64,000 bases of DNA from Podarcis melisellensis. Taxonomy: Eukaryota. The position numbers and the translations under genes were made by a program. Position 1 is the first letter of the stretch; every line of letters starts with the position of its first letter. The stretch lies in the NCBI GenBank assembly GCA_964234715.1, contig OZ174285.1. One strand, given 5' to 3'. The notes under the pieces were generated by a model. It made no database searches. It was not told where the DNA came from and was given only the letters and a program-made list of their open reading frames with translations. Positions 39,274 through 51,643 of the stretch are shown in pieces.

Positions 39274-39959
39274 CTGAAATATTAAAATAAAAGTTTAACA
39301 AAATTCTTTATTAACTTCATAATTATTTACATTTCTTTCTAAATCCTTTCCTTCTACGAAGCTCAGAACAGCACCCATAATCTTCATCCCTCACATATTT
39401 TATCATCCAGTGAAATTCACAGATGAGTGGGGATTTGAACCCGACTCTTCATTTGGCTACAAAACTACACCTTTCCCAGCCAAAAGTTCAGTTAGTCCTA
39501 CATTATTATTTTTGAAATAATTTTTATTAAAAATTTTCTTGAATTACAAAAAAAAATGCAATGTCACTTTTTCAGATCATAGAGTCTCTTAACTACATTC
39601 AATGTAAGATAATGTTGTATATGGCATAGGGTTGAAGGTGAAGAGAGGTTGGAGGAGAGAGTGGTGGGGAGAGGGTGGGTGGTAAATTTGTTTATTAATT
39701 TTCCTTTTTTCCCCCAAATTGGTATATGTGTGAGGTTTTTGTGTCAGCGTCACTTGGGCAGGTTCTCTTTCTATTTTATTTTATTTTTTTAAATGACAGC
39801 TAAAAGAATTGTAGCAACTAATAGTGGCTAATCAGCAGAACTGAATGATATAGCTGGCAGTATTTCATGAGGGGTCTGTGTAGCAGTGGCATCCTCCTGG
39901 CAGCAGCACTGTGCTGATCAGGAGCACAGCAGCAGCAAGGCTGGGGGAGCTTTGGGTTG

Positions 39960-40076
39960 GCATAATTTTATAATGAATGATTTTAGAGTGTTGTTTGTGT
40001 TGTACTTTTGTACTGTTTTATTGTTGTTAGCTGCCCTGAGCCCGGCTTTGGCTGGGGAGGGTGGGATATAAATAAA

Positions 40077-40110
<34 letters not shown>
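39960..40110 (+). mobile_element. Retroposon (L2-like) 3' end with (ATT)n tail
   Basis: GCTGCCCTGAG...GGGTGGGATATAAATAAA followed by an (ATT)n run. Confidence 0.65.
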
Positions 40111-40113
<3 letters not shown>

Positions 40114-40254
40114 TATGGGGAAGCCAGCTCCCTCAGCCTTGATGCCATCCTTCCATGCCCACCCCCCACTAATCACTGCTGGTTTTATCATTTGATTATC
40201 ATTTTCTCTAGTAGTGTTTCCTGGAATGTGGAGCATTTTGACAATAATAAACAA

Positions 40255-40400
40255 TTGGTCTTGTTGTCTATCTAGCTCAGTACTGTCTACACAATGACTT
40301 TCAGTGGACCTCCAGAGTTTCAGGCAGGGTTCTCTCCACCTGTAGATGTCAGGGTCTTCTCCGTGAGAAGCAGATGCTCTATCATTGAGCTATGGCCTTC
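40255..40400 (-). mobile_element. tRNA-derived SINE, same family as 32671-32860
   Basis: Reverse complement of ATAGCTCAATGATAGAGCATCTGC head and GTGTAGACAGTACTGAGCTAGAT body. Confidence 0.7.
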
Positions 40401-40492
40401 CCCCATAGTAACTATGTAAGCCAACACTTCTGTGCTATTTCTTCAGATTTGGACAAGGGGACCACCCCACCCCACCCCCGTTCCCAATGTAC

Positions 40493-40710
40493 CTGAAGCA
40501 TTCACCAGCTTTAGCGTGTAAAATTCATTGAATTCGGGGATTTTGTCTGGAATGGCATGGAGAGTTATAGGCCGTGATTGCTGGCCATCCAAGAACCAGA
40601 CAACCCCACAGACTTGATAAAACTCTTCTCCTGGGTCCAAAGCAGAATTGTTTTCAAACAGCTGCCATGCCAAGGAAACATTGCCAAAGTGGCCTCTGTG
40701 TCTCAGAACC
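40493..40710 (-). CDS. ADGRV1: ADGRV1 exon ~19 (218 nt)
   Basis: VLRHRGHFGNVSLAWQLF...EFYTLKLVNAS; CAG|GTAC donor. Confidence 0.94.
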
Positions 40711-41545
40711 CTGTGCAGTAGATGGACACAAACAAGAGTCATTTCTCAGACAGGTAGCATCAAGAACAACAACAACAAAAATACAGATATAATATGAATG
40801 CATTTCATGTTTCTCCACATAAACCATCTACAATACCTTATTGGGAAGGAAGCAAAGAACACCCAGGTTTTTTTATCTGCATTTGCAGCCCAGTCCTAAA
40901 AGACATCTTCAATGCAGTGCAAACCAGGAGGGTGTCATTTCACTCCTTTTAGTTCCTATTGAGGCTCATGTTCATAATCAGATAAAGCATTATCATAAAA
41001 ATCCTGGCTAAGATCCAAATACCTACTTTATGCATGCTCAAGAGGCAATCTGGGCTCTTCCAGTGAAGGCTTTTTGAATTTGTTTCCTTGAGCACAACAC
41101 ACAGACACACACCATACCATCTGATAAAATTTGCAACCCATTGCACTCCTGGGTGCACAGAACTAGCTAAGTGGACTCTGACCATTATCAGGAGCCATAA
41201 TCAAAATATAGGACTCTCATAGAAAATCTTACGTGTTGCACAGGGAATTGGCAAGCAGCCATAGGACACCTTCATTGAATGTGCAAAACAAGCAGTAAAT
41301 GGACTCTCTGTGGTTGGGGTGTGGTCAATCTTGGCCTGTCATAAGCTCCAATTTAGCCCACAATGTCATTTTACACAAACCACACCTACTTGACAATCAG
41401 CTGGTGTGACTTGCAATGCCAGCTGATGGGCAGGAGGGCAGGGTTTCGATTCTGCCTTGGATGCACAAACAGGTCTTGCAGCCAAAACAGGGTTTAGGCT
41501 TCCACTTGACAGCTGATGGGCAGGGTTTGGCTTTGTGTTCTATTA

Positions 41546-41892
41546 GGATCAGGCGCTGTGGTCTAAACCACAGAGCCTGGGCTTGCTGATCAGAAGGTCG
41601 GCGGTTCAAATCCCCGCGGTGGGGTGAGCTCCTGTTGCTCAGTTCCTGCTCCTGACAACCTAGCTGTCCGAAAGCATGTCAAAGTTCCAAGTAGATAAAT
41701 AGGTACCGCTCCAGCAAGAAGGTAAATGACGTTTCTGTGCACTGCTCTGGTTCGCCAGAAGCGTCTTAGTCATGCTGGCCACATGATCCGGAAGCTGTAC
41801 ACTGGCTCACTCGGCCAGTAAAGCGAGATGAGCGCCACAACCCCAGAGTCATTCACGACTGGACCTAATGGTCAGGGGTCCCTTTACCTTTA
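41546..41892 (+). mobile_element. Sauria SINE, near full length
   Basis: GGCGCTGTGGTCTAAACC head, GATCAGAAGGTCGGCGGTTCAAATCC B-box, AGTAGATAAATAGGTACC core, (ACCTTT) tail. Confidence 0.9.
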
Positions 41893-42637
41893 TGCTCAGC
41901 CAAGGCAGACATTTGCAAGCATTAGTGGTATGCAGGAGAAGTCCCCTCCCTTTGATGGAAAAATGCACCTTCCTTCCTTCCCATTCACTTGATATAGCAG
42001 AGGGAAAAGAAGGGTGTGTTTTGTAAGCAAAGGCAGAGCATGGGACCTGCTGCCTATATTCCTCCTTTTCTCCCCTCCTTATCACTTTTGCAAGCCTCAC
42101 AGGATGCATTTTGACAGGTGGGCAGGGCAAACTGCCTGCTAATCATGTGACAACATAATTACAGAGAACAGAATTTAAGACTGGAAAAAATGAGAAATTG
42201 ATATATTTGTCCATTCCTGCTCTCAGCATGCTGTGTAAAGGCAGCTTAATGAGGGAGCGATGCTATTGGCTTTTTAAGAAAGGCTAATCTGCTCTTTACT
42301 CTGCTTGTGCAAGGTGCAGGATTACAGCCCAAGTTAACTAAACATAGAGCAGAAGATTTGTTCTGTCAGTCACTGGCTGTTTGGCAAGATAGACTCAAAA
42401 GCACTAATTATCCAGAATGAATCAGACAAGTAACATAACATCACTGAATCTTGTTATTACAAGTAGAATAAAACTTCTATTGAGAGTGGCAGGAAATAAA
42501 CTTAACTACAGGCAATATGTATTAAACCAAGATACTGTTGTTTACAAATGGCTCCTTTCAATGTGCAGGAGGAACTCAAATGTTCAGAGACATCTCCCAC
42601 ACAACTGAGGTCTTCACTTCAGTTCTGAAGGCTGCTC

Positions 42638-43401
42638 TGTCCATGAACTTCCGTGTCGAGACTCCGTAACCACCCCCTTGACGATGAATAAAAAACACCA
42701 GCCCACAGATATTTGGTTAATGTTATTGGGCAAATTTTGGCCACAACTTTATTGGTTACAGAATGTGAGTGGTATTGGCTTAGGTATTGAATAGACTCGA
42801 CCATATTTGACTCCTGCCCATTGCACAGGGAATCCGGTATGGGTAAACCACCAGAAGGGGGAGCCCCATTGATGCAAACCAACTCGAGCTCCACCAGGGT
42901 TCCCGAAGCGGTTGTGGCATGGCCTAGCCCCACCCCGGGCTTCAGACAAGAGCCACACCCCCGGATTCCTTTAACGGAATACCCTTAAGCTTGGAGGGGC
43001 AGGTGGTGGCCTCCCCAACCACATCATGCACACACACAAATAAACGATACCACACTCCGAGGCAGGAGGCAATTCCACGGAGGGACAGAGGCAGCTTAGC
43101 GGGGTCATCCTCAGTCTACGAAAGAAGCCCCAAGAGCAGTGGCAGACGAGACAGCAAGCGTGACGTAAAGAGGACAGCAAGCGCCGTGGAGCGGGAGCAG
43201 CAAACGCACAAATGGTCCAGATTGAGGAAGCGAGCCAAGAGAAAGCTCTCCGGCTTGCGTCTCCGCTTAAATGGGTCCTGGCCACGCCTCCCAGGCAGCG
43301 GATTGGTTGGCTGATTGATGGCATGGCCGGGATCCTCCGAGCAATGCAGGACTTCGTCCCCTGCCCCCAGAAGAGAGTGGGTAGCCACATAGTCCACCAC
43401 A
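42638..43401 (-). mobile_element. Probable solo LTR (Gypsy/ERV type)
   Basis: TGT...ACA termini, flanks GCTC/ACTC, CpG-rich 764-nt island; minus-strand CCAAT (43302-43306), TATA-like ATTTAA (43267-43272), AATAAA (42748-42753) in U3-R-U5 order. Confidence 0.65.
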
Positions 43402-43597
43402 ACTCCTCCCCACAGTTAAGTGGAGCAGATTTCTGCTGCATAGACAGAGATGGCGATGACAATGTTCTCACTTCAAAAGCCTTTGCTCTTGTGTATACAT
43501 CGTATTGTCCACAAAGATTAATACTGTCATAAGTTTCTGCGAACAATAGTTCTATCTTCTATATTTTTCATTAGCTGACATCCAAGGCACATATAAT

Positions 43598-43942
43598 CAG
43601 GGCCAGATTCATGTTTGATGAGTCCCTAAGCTACTGAAGGTAATGGGGCCCTCTATATGTCCAGATGTTGTTTGTCAACAACAAATTGTTGCTGTTAGAA
43701 ATGAGCAAACCAGTGATATTTTAGGCAGCAGGCTAGCAGTGGGGCCCATTTCTTACATTATAGGAGCCTGCACAGCACAAAACACTGTTGCTGTATGTAG
43801 GCCTTATTTTATTTGTTTTTTATCTTATATTTTGGAAATGTACATCCATGTTTCTTTTTCTTTATTTTTTTTGGGGGGGAGGGCCCAAGAGAATGGGGCC
43901 CTAAGCTATAGCTTGTTTAGCTTATACATAAATCTGGCATTG
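43598..43942. mobile_element. hAT MITE
   Basis: TIRs CAGGGCCAGATT / AATCTGGCATTG; perfect 8-bp TSD CATATAAT. Confidence 0.9.
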
Positions 43943-43959
43943 CATATAATATATTATTA

Positions 43960-44135
43960 GGAACATAAGAAGATGTCTTCTGAATCAAGCCAAAGGCCTA
44001 TCCAGTCCAGCATTTTGTTTTCACAGCAGCCAACAAGCATCTATGAAAAGCCCAGAAGCAGGACCTGGTGCAACAGTGGTCTTCCCACTTGCAGTTCCCA
44101 GCAAACAGCATTCAGAGGCATTCTGCCTCCCTCTG
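43960..44135 (-). mobile_element. Squamate retroposon 3' end (CR1-like tail)
   Basis: GAACATAAGAAG start, CCAGTCCAGCATT, TCAGAGGCATTCTGCCTC; reverse complement of the 22095 family. Confidence 0.7.
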
Positions 44136-45650
44136 TACCATGTGCAATAACAAGGCTTTAGTAATTAATTAATTTGGGAACAATAACGCTCCATTAACTC
44201 ACTGAAAAGTTGAAATGGAGCCACGATATGAGGTAAGGCATCTGGGAGGCTTACTTAATTGTAACAGTCCAGCTTTGGGAAAAGGTGCCCTGTGAATTTC
44301 TTTCACAGGAAAACTCTGAAGTAGTCACAAGAAATAGCCAGGGTCCCTTTTGCTACAGGGCAAACACACTGTGCCCCCACTTGCCTTTTTTCAACTCGAC
44401 AACTGTGTTTAACAAAGGCTTGTTTACTCACAGAGTGCTATGTTTTGAGAATACTGAGATAATAATTCACCAATTTAAGAAAATTCTCTCAACTCACAGC
44501 CAGGCAATTCAAAAAGCTTTAGTCATATTCTAAATTTTAAAAAAAAGCTTTCTCTCTTTTTGGGGGGAGGCGGGAGGAGAGAAATCAGCAGCAACTTTTG
44601 GGGAGAAATAAACACCACAGGGAAAATCCTCTACATAGCTATTTGGACCAGAATCATTACTGGAGTTTCACTAGATTATCTCTATGGCCTACCAATGCAC
44701 TTGTAAGAGTGTCAACGGATTCTACACCTCCTGCCGAGTTAATTGGCAGCATAACAAGGGTCATCAGTCAAACAAAAATAACTTTTTAAACCCTGCTGGC
44801 CCTGGGTACATTCATGAATGAGCACCAATAATAGCCGTAAGAAAGTCCTTTCAAGCCAAGCAGGTTTTGATTTTCTTTCCCCAAATCCTTTCAGGATTAA
44901 CACAAATATTCAGAAAAGAAAACAAACATCAGAAGCTTTATATAACTAAAAGAATCATTTGAGGTAAATTTTCAAAGTATTTCCACCGAACACGACTTGC
45001 TAGACGCCCTAACAGTTTTTGTCAACATGCTGCCCGCTCCCTCCAACTCCAACATTATCTGGAGGGTCAGCATCATGATTCCCACTTTTATTTATAATTC
45101 TTAACATTTATTTACATGTTCATTCAGAATTCAAAGTTGCCATTTGAACATTTTTAGAAATAGCATTATTATCTTGATCTGCCAATTCAGCTGGCCATCT
45201 TGGAAAGGGATTCCCAGTATCTACTCTGTTCAGCATATTTACTTTCATAAATTACCATATAGCTTCTTATAATTTCCTTTCTACAAAGCAGTGCATGTTA
45301 TCACACTTGGATTTTTCTTTACACATGCCAGAAGGGAGACTCCGTTTTTTTCCAAGGGTACAGCCCTGACAGATCATATTGTCTCATAAAAAATAATAAT
45401 GTAGAAGGGAATTATTTCCAAGAGAGGTCCATATATACAAATAGTCACATGCTAAACTCCTTCTAAAACTATGCAAATATTAAAAACTTTCCCCTTGTGC
45501 AATTTTTGACATAGAAGCACCTTTTGAAGCACTTCTGATTGCTTAAAACCTTAATGTTGCAAGGACGAGTAAGACTGAATTGATTCCAGGAAAGTGTGAT
45601 CCAAGATATTTACTGAAGTGACACACTGCATTTAGTTGAGTGTTACTTAC

Positions 45651-45777
45651 AAAAAATCATTGGTCTTGCCTTCTTCTACTGCTTTGTCTGTACGCTCCAA
45701 TGAGAAGATGCCATTTGGGTCATCATTTGCTTCAATTACTACTGTTGCCATTCCAGATCCGTAGACCACTGTGTCTC
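45651..45777 (-). CDS. ADGRV1: ADGRV1 exon ~18 (127 nt)
   Basis: Manual translation GDTVVYGSGMATVVIEANDDPNGIFSLERTDKAVEEGKTNDF; TT|GTAAGT donor. Confidence 0.94.
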
Positions 45778-47382
45778 CTAAGCAACAATTTTTTTGTTTA
45801 AAGATAATGCTAAAAGCAAACAGCATAATATCGGGGGGGGGGGGATTCCATACCCTAGCCTAATGTTCTTTCTAGATCCAAGATTCTGTATACCTGCCAT
45901 CTAATTCAGACAACCTTCTCCCTTTGTATGTTGTAAAAGGGACAGCATGCTTTTCCCCAACACACACACTCAAGCTTGGTCCTGCTAGACATATATGTGG
46001 GAATTTTATCTGCATATGGTCTGTGTGCATAAAATCCATCTCATGCAGGCCTGAATTAAGACGTTTGCTTCACGGATTTTTGCATATGTGGGATGTGAAG
46101 TTCTGGTTGATATGTGTTGGATTATATGTGTGTAGAAGACTGTATGCCTGGGATGGAGAACTTCAAGCCAATCAGGTCTATCTGGCTCTCATAACTCTCC
46201 CTGGGCCACACCATCTCTCCCCAGACCATGCCCATCAACAGCTCAGCTCTGTACTCTCCTCAAATGATTTTGTCTGGCTGGATGTGAACTGTGAGAATGC
46301 CTCTTGTCTGCCTGGAGGATGTGCAGATGGGGTGGGAGTGTAGAAACGTCTGACTTTTGTGAGAGGAGTGTAGCCTGCTCTATCTTTTGTCCCACCAGCT
46401 TTTGCTTCTGACTGCCCATAGCTGGCAGGTGGACCTTGGAAGGTTGCCAGTAAGGGAATGGGGACCTCAGGCTGAAGGCAGCTCCCCCCTTGTTTTATGC
46501 AAATGTTATGCCCATACATTGCTTTCATGGGGCATCCCAAGGTAGGCAAGCACATCTGGTAGCCATGGCAGGAAGACATAGTCTTGTTCCTCCACTGCTC
46601 ACACAGAGGTTGCCCAAGCAGGGTCTAAAAGAAAAAAGCTAAGGTAGCCTTTGAAAACAGCATGCCATCATGTACACTGGAGTAAATGGGCTCTGTTCAT
46701 GAGTCTAAATAGATAGGATGATGGCTATTAGCATACCTGACACTGGGAGCCTAAGTGGTAAATGGAGCTTGTTTGCTTTTATTTATTTTTTTATATTTAC
46801 TTTAGAGCCAAGGAAGTGAACCCAGTATGGCTGAAGTCTTCTAGATCACAGCCTGAGCTTGTATGTTTAAGATAACAGGATGAGAGAACCGACTACTATA
46901 GAGCACAACTTTATGGCTGCCATGAAGTTTATATACAACAATAAAAACATCAAATATATTGCATCGCACAATGACACATTTGTACTTAACCCCGTGTAAA
47001 TTTGTACCTAGCCACTTATGCCTATCTTTTTTCTCTTTTGTTCTATATATGTAAGGCTGGGGGTTATTTACATATATATTGGTTGTTTTAATATCCAACA
47101 CAAATAATGAAAGCCAAATTAGCTCTATAAAAGTCGGTCACAAAACAAATCAGCTGGGTGTTTTTGTTTTGCTTCTAATCCAGCAATATTACAACCAGCC
47201 CCAATTGCATGGATGCAGGCATACTGCACATTTCACAAGGGTATAAAAAGGATGCTTTAATGTGAAGAAGCATGGGAATACCCTAATCAGCTCCCCCAAA
47301 ATATCATTCACGAAATGAGAAAAGCAACATCAGAAATGCAGCAGCTGCTTAGTTTACATAGAGATCAAATAATCATTTGAAC

Positions 47383-47649
47383 CTGTTGAGTTGAAGAGAA
47401 TGATATAAAAAGTCTCATCCGACTCAGGGGTATCGTCATCATTGATAAACACGGTTATGTTTTGTTCTCGTATTCCAACATCAAAAAAAAGTACACCACT
47501 CTTTTCGCTAGGCATAAAGTCTCCCTCTTCAGCAGTGGCTCCTCCATTAACAGTGGCGTACGAAACTGAAACGGCATCAACATCCGAGCCATTCCTTATG
47601 ACTACAAAATTAGCAATGCCGCCTTCATGAGCCTTCACAACAACGGGAT
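47383..47649 (-). CDS. ADGRV1: ADGRV1 exon ~17 (267 nt)
   Basis: DPVVVKAHEGGIANF...ETFYIILFNST; CAG|GTTC donor. Confidence 0.93.
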
Positions 47650-47934
47650 CTGAAATACATATACAGTGTGCAAAAGAAAGAGAAATCAATACAACAGAAC
47701 TGTAACCTTCCTTTGCAAATATTGTTTCCAGAAAAGAGAGAGAAAAATCTACTTTATAATGAGATACATGTTTCATAGTACTGAATATCTCCACTCCACT
47801 TACTTTACAAATTAGGAGAAGAGCATAGCACATTAATAAGCTTCCAGGCAAAGATTTACTGCCATCATTATATTTATACCTTCGGGGTTTGGAATCCTCT
47901 AAATGGCTTACAGTAAAATAATCACAATACAGAT

Positions 47935-48080
47935 TAGATCATAGAATTATAGAGTTGGAAAGGATTCTAATGATCATCTAGTCCAACCCCCTGAAATGCA
48001 GGAATATGCAGCTGTCCCGTTCGGGGATCAAACCTGCAACCTTGGCATTATCAGCACCATGCTCTAACCAACTGAGACTA
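47935..48080 (-). mobile_element. Short tRNA-derived SINE with CR1-type tail
   Basis: Minus strand TAGTCTCAGTTGGTTAGAGCATGGTGCTGATAATGCCAAGGTTGCAGGTTTGATCCC...GGTTGGACTAGATGATC...TTCTATGATC. Confidence 0.8.
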
Positions 48081-48553
48081 CAGTGGCACAATGCAGACAT
48101 CACACCAAACCATGGTTTATGCTAACCATAGTTAAGGACCCAACAATATGGTATGAATTCTGAAATGTACAACAGTAATACCATTATTGCTTTCATTTCC
48201 CCTCTGTTCAGTACTCAGCTTCATAAGTTCATTCCTCCTCCCATGGCTCAGAACCTCTTGAGATGGAGCAATGGTCCAAATTTTCATTTGTCAATGGTTT
48301 TCAAACTAAGAAATAATGTCAAACCACATCTAATACACACTGTGGTTTGATATCCTGGTTTGGAAGCTCCTTTACAAACCATGATCTGACATACCATGTT
48401 GCCAAAAGGTAGGCTATAAATGCAATAAATAAATAAAATAAAATGAGCACATAGGAGATCACAAATTAAGAGAAAGCCAAGCAGATTGTGCCACTCCTAT
48501 TTATCTTGTTTTAGATCCATCACTCAATGTAAGCTACACTGAAGATCTCTCAC

Positions 48554-48677
48554 CAGCAAAATAAATTGGGTCGTCGTTTTTTGTAATCTGCAAGGTTGCA
48601 GTGGTTATATTTCCAATTCGAGCACCCCCTGTGGCATTGAAAAGACTAAGGATGAATACCTCGATTTCTTCAGGTAT
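48554..48677 (-). CDS. ADGRV1: ADGRV1 exon ~16 (124 nt)
   Basis: Manual translation IPEEIEVFILSLFNATGGARIGNITTATLQITKNDDPIYFA; G|GTGAG donor. Confidence 0.94.
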
Positions 48678-48869
48678 CTGAAAAAATATAAAAAGTTAAT
48701 GTATGTTACCTCTAAATGCTGTATAATTAAAACAAAGTTGCCAAACATTAACTCTTGCAAATCATGGAACACACCTGTAGAATAATGGGAATATTAAAAC
48801 AAACAGAATAATGAATGCAGAATAATGAGATCTACCGTAAATTACAAATATATATCCTAGATTAACTGG

Positions 48870-49043
48870 NNNNNNNNNNNNNNNNNNNNNNNNNNNNNNN
48901 NNNNNNNNNNNNNNNNNNNNNNNNNNNNNNNNNNNNNNNNNNNNNNNNNNNNNNNNNNNNNNNNNNNNNNNNNNNNNNNNNNNNNNNNNNNNNNNNNNNN
49001 NNNNNNNNNNNNNNNNNNNNNNNNNNNNNNNNNNNNNNNNNNN
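48870..49043. other. Assembly gap (174 N)
   Basis: Run of N. Confidence 1.
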
Positions 49044-49089
49044 TATCACTACCTTAAGGAGTCTCAAAGCAGCTAACATTCTCCTTTCC

Positions 49090-49258
49090 CTCCCCACCCC
49101 CAACAAACACTCTGTGAGGTGAGTGGGAATGAGAGACTTCAGAGAAGTGTGACTAGCCCAAGGTCACCCAGCAGCTGCATGTGGAGGAGCGGGGATGCAA
49201 ACCCGGTTCACCAGATTATGAGACTACCACTCTTAACCACTACACCACACTGGCTCTC
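49090..49258 (-). mobile_element. CORE-type tRNA SINE (Squam3-like)
   Basis: Minus strand GAGAGCCAGTGTGGTGTAGTGGTTAAGAG head and GGGTGACCTTGGGCTAGTCAC core. Confidence 0.8.
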
Positions 49259-49399
49259 AGCATAACAATGGGCATGTTTGAACTTAATACTGTCCCCATT
49301 TAAATCAGTGGAGCTTAAAACTGCTGATGTTTGCCACTTTCGATCGTATTTCCCTACTATGATAATTTCCCAGTAGCTTGGCGGATGATCATTTCATAT

Positions 49400-50404
49400 A
49401 TTTACAAAAAAGAAAGAAAGAAAGTTGAGGCTCTCAAACTGAAGGAAGATGTATAGATGGTTGCCAGAATGGGAAACTAAGAGGTTAAATCCGTAATGAT
49501 TAAATGGACACAAGACATAGGACATAATATACAAGTGGAAGATTGGGGGAAATTATGGAATGTGCATCTAAAATTTACTGGCTGTATAACTCCAAAAGAG
49601 AATTGCATGAAAATGATGTACCGATGGTATATGACCCCTGTTAAACTTGCTAAGATGTATAGAACAAGCTCTAACAAATGTTGGAAATGTAAAGAATGAG
49701 AGGGCACGTTTTATCATATGTGGTGGAGTTGTAAAGCAATCAAAAATTAATGGGAAATGATATATAATGAATTGAAGAAGATGTTTAAAGCGTTTTGTTA
49801 AAAAGCCAGAAGCCTTTTTTTCTTGTTAGGCATTACAGGACTGGAGTTGCCAAAAGAGTGGAAGAAGCTATTTATGTAGGCTACAACGGCGGCCAGGATT
49901 CTCCTATCCCCAAAATGGAAAGACACCATAATACCAACAAAAGAAGAATGGCAAACTAAACTGATGGAATATGCAGAACTGGTGAAACTCATGGAAACAC
50001 TCAGAAGCAATGACAATAGAGACTTTAAAAAGGACTGGGAACCATTGATGTTAGATTTACAGAAATACTGTAAAGAAATGGACTTATTAGCAGGGTTTGA
50101 GTAATGCTTACAACAAGGATAACATGTAAAATATAAGAAAGAGCAATTTGAAAATGAATTAAGGTAAAATATAATATGTAAGAAGGTATGATATAAAAAG
50201 GTGAAGAATATAAGAGCAATTGGAAAAGACTACAAAAAAAGAAAAATAAATGAAGCAGAAGCAGTGATTGTTGAATGAACCAGAGGGGGAAGTTGGGGGA
50301 AGTCACAGGGAGTGGGGGAGGGATTCTTTGACTAATTATTTTTTCTATATGTGTTGAAAATGTTGAATATTAAACTGGAAAACTAATTTAATAATAATAA
50401 AAAA
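49400..50404 (+). mobile_element. 5'-truncated, disabled L1-clade LINE (ORF2 C-terminus plus 3'UTR)
   Basis: KMMYRWYMTPVKLAKMY...KCWKCKE*EGTFYHMWWSC: CCHC zinc-knuckle region with in-frame stops; A-rich tail. Confidence 0.85.
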
Positions 50405-50427
50405 GTTACTTGCATAAAAGTGTTTAC

Positions 50428-50591
50428 CTCATCAGGCACTGAATATACGGTGATATTTTTTGAAAATTCTTCATTTCCAAAGAAAACTGTCCCTTGCTCC
50501 GGGAAGATGTCTTTCGTAGAAGCTGGGTAAGTTGCCCAAGACACAGTTACATTGCCAAAAGTTCCTTGGCTTCGCAAGACTCTGAACACCG
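50428..50591 (-). CDS. ADGRV1: ADGRV1 exon ~15 (164 nt)
   Basis: AVFRVLRSQGTFGNV...YSVPDE; AAG acceptor, GAG|GTAA donor. Confidence 0.93.
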
Positions 50592-50879
50592 CTTTGAAAC
50601 ACAAATGCATTATTTGATAAATGTACAGCATTAAGAGATTCAAAGACAGAGTAGAAAAACTCAAAGAAAAAACAGTTTTAAAAGACAAGTATCTGTAACT
50701 ATGAAAGTGGCATATACGCATTTACAGATATTCATCCCAAGGAAGAATGCTGCTTATTGCAAGCTCAATAAATAGCAAGCCACCATTATTGCTGTTGTTG
50801 CAGCAGCAGAGAACTGTGCTTCTCATGTCATGAAGGTCCCAGATGAGAAATCTCGAGCTATGCTAAAACAGTAACACAC

Positions 50880-51200
50880 AATAACAACAACAACAATAAT
50901 TTATTATTTGTACCCTGCCCATCTGGCTGAGTTTCCCCAGCCACTCTGGGCAGCTTCCAACAAAGATTAAAAATACATTAAAATGTCACACATTAAAAAC
51001 TTCCCTGAACAGGGCTGCCTTCAGATGTCTTCTAAATGTCAGGTAGTTGTTTATCTGATGGGAGGGCATTCCACAGGGTGGGCACCACTACTGACAAGGC
51101 CCTCTGCCCGGTTCCCTGTAGCTTTGCTTCTTGCAGTGAGCGAACTGCCAGAAGGCCCTCGGAGCTGGACCTCAGTGTCCGGGCAGAACGATGGGGGCGG
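50880..51200 (-). mobile_element. L2-clade LINE 3' fragment
   Basis: Minus-strand translation RTLRSSSEGLLAV...GQRALSVVVPTLWNALP, typical of the L2 ORF2 end; short (TTG)n tail. Confidence 0.82.
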
Positions 51201-51462
51201 AGACTATGGCTCATCATACCTGTGTCACCTTCCTCACACCTCAGGTAGACAAATATTGTCATGTGGAAGAGCCACAGAGTGGAGTCCTCCTCTGTTACCT
51301 GGGCTCCAGATTTTACAGTATAGGAAGGAACTCTGTAGCAGCAGCATCTGTACTATGAGGGGTATCAGGTGAAGGAGTCTTGAGAGACAGTAAGTTACCA
51401 ATTTATGATAAAATGGCAAGACTTAATATGAGCTAACCTACAACAGAGCAGTAAGGAATTAC

Positions 51463-51643
51463 CAGCATAGAAGTCTCTGCCTTTGCTTTCATTTATTGTT
51501 ATTGTTAATCCATCCTCAGCAAACTGAATTATTCCATGGGGATCATCATTCTTCAAGATTGTTATGTTGACAACTGTGGCATTTCCCAGTTTACTTGGCA
51601 GCTCACCGTGGCTACTGAGAACCACTGAGTAAAATTCATCCAA
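51463..51643 (-). CDS. ADGRV1: ADGRV1 exon ~14 (181 nt)
   Basis: LDEFYSVVLSSHGE...KNDDPHG...SKGRDFYA; G|GTAAT donor. Confidence 0.95.

Noticed and set aside
42619-43546. Cluster of overlapping 70-190 aa ORFs
   Set aside because: GC-rich LTR-like DNA with few stops; no recognisable gag, pol or env motifs.
47935-48080. tRNA gene
   Set aside because: The tRNA-like head is degenerate and fused to a CR1-type tail, so it is a SINE; the same applies to 32671 and 49090.
48870-49043. Missing exon hidden in the N gap
   Set aside because: Exons 15 and 16 join in phase 0 with a continuous motif (PDE|IPEE).
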